DNA of 64,000 nt from Blasia pusilla (lineage: Eukaryota). Positions 62,870 through 64,000 of this stretch are shown piece by piece (within the stretch, counting starts at the first letter, position 1; each line of letters opens with the position of its first letter). Position numbers and translations under genes: made by a program. The stretch is taken from assembly GCA_050084515.1 (NCBI GenBank), contig CM114271.1, positions 11,284,001 to 11,348,000 on the forward strand, given 5' to 3'. Below the pieces are notes generated by a model. The model made no database searches, was not told where the DNA came from, and saw only the letters and a program-made list of their open reading frames with translations.

Positions 62870-64000
62870 TTCGTGCGCATACACATCGCTACATAACATA
62901 CATCGCTGTCATTGAACACACACACAAATACACACGATCCCATGCTAACTCATGGCATCCATACATAGAGGCGAGACGTACCAAAATATCTCCAATTAAA
63001 GTTAGATCCAATCTCTCTCTACACTATCTCATACCATAGCTCTCAAAGGTGTCCACTCTCTCTCATGTCAAACCAAACCCACTCTCCTAATGAGAGGCTT
63101 GGATTACACTCACAAGACAAGGGACCATAACTCCGTTGCCTTATGCCAAGAGGTTCAACAAAGAGAGAATAAGCTCTCAAGCTCCCTCTCTTGGAGGTAT
63201 ACCCCCTTCCCTCTCCCAAGCCCTCTCAACCGTAACCTATGCTCGCACGTTACCTCCTTGGCTCTTGACTTGCTATAGCGGATCAAGGGCCACTTCCAAA
63301 AGTGGAAAGTGAACTATTCCCAATATGGAAACTTACCCGAAATAGTAAGTTTCTCTATATGGCTCCAAATGAGCCGAAACGAAGGGGAAACCTGCTCTCT
63401 TAGGTTTCTCTGGGCCTCTGCAAGTCATTCTCAATCTCCTAGGCATGTCCTCCACTACTCGTGAAAATGCTCTGCTAGATCCCAACGATCTATCCTAATA
63501 GTCATGACAGCTATCGTGCGCATACACATCGCTACACAACATACATCGCTATCATCGAACACACAAGAAACAATTACACACCATCCTATGCTAACTCATG
63601 GCATCCATACACAGAGGCGAGAAGTACCAAAATATCCAAGCGCCCCCCTAATTGGTGGTTAGGTCCCTCTAACTCTAGATAACCATCTATCCCTACCTAC
63701 CACGATATACATCTCTAGGACGCTAAGAGCAGAAAGGCCGGATGCTCATGTGGCCCCATCGTTAGTCACCTTTCCGTCATCCATATCACAGAAAAAGTTA
63801 GAATCAAAACCTACCTAGTATCTCCTCTATGTACATCTGGGACACATCCATCGTCCCTGAGGAACCCTAGTGAGAGGTGGCGTCAGACATGCCATATGCC
63901 AACCTCTCGAACTTCCATCACAGACTAGCATCATGGCCGCACCATGGGAAAAACCATACAACATACAACGCAAGCGTGCAGGAACTACTGCTAAGCTTGG
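62870..64000 (-). mobile_element. 3' end (LTR ~62870-63509 and PHD region) of a third copy of the gypsy family, running off the window
   Basis: Homologous to 49338-50970. Confidence 0.88.

Overview
Eukaryotic, transposon-rich window, most likely from a non-seed land plant such as a bryophyte (inferred from gene content and GT-AG introns). Only two host genes look intact: a 10-exon plant-type tyrosylprotein sulfotransferase (37152-43836, +) and a convergent armadillo-repeat gene (44616-46822, -). The rest is nested, decayed mobile DNA. (1) Bases 1-21.6 kb hold three rearranged pieces of a large Mutator-like (MULE) DNA transposon with a GCM/WRKY-type Zn finger, a DDE core and a SWIM finger. It appears to carry a divergently oriented, intron-containing cargo gene encoding a ParB/Srx-like domain fused to a beta-class N4C/N6A amino-methyltransferase. 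Its non-coding DNA is packed with dozens of copies of a 31-bp palindrome, including a 67-bp-period array. The methyltransferase is split by an inversion bounded by two transposon ends and an inverted 11-bp target duplication; rejoining the halves restores the reading frame. (2) A Ty1/copia relic, a Helitron RepHel relic, several solo LTRs and a LINE-like fragment. (3) Bases 49.3-64 kb hold Ty3/gypsy elements; the most complete one has a C5-cytosine methyltransferase domain between protease and RT and a PHD finger after integrase. All domain calls come from reading motifs by eye; no database search was run.
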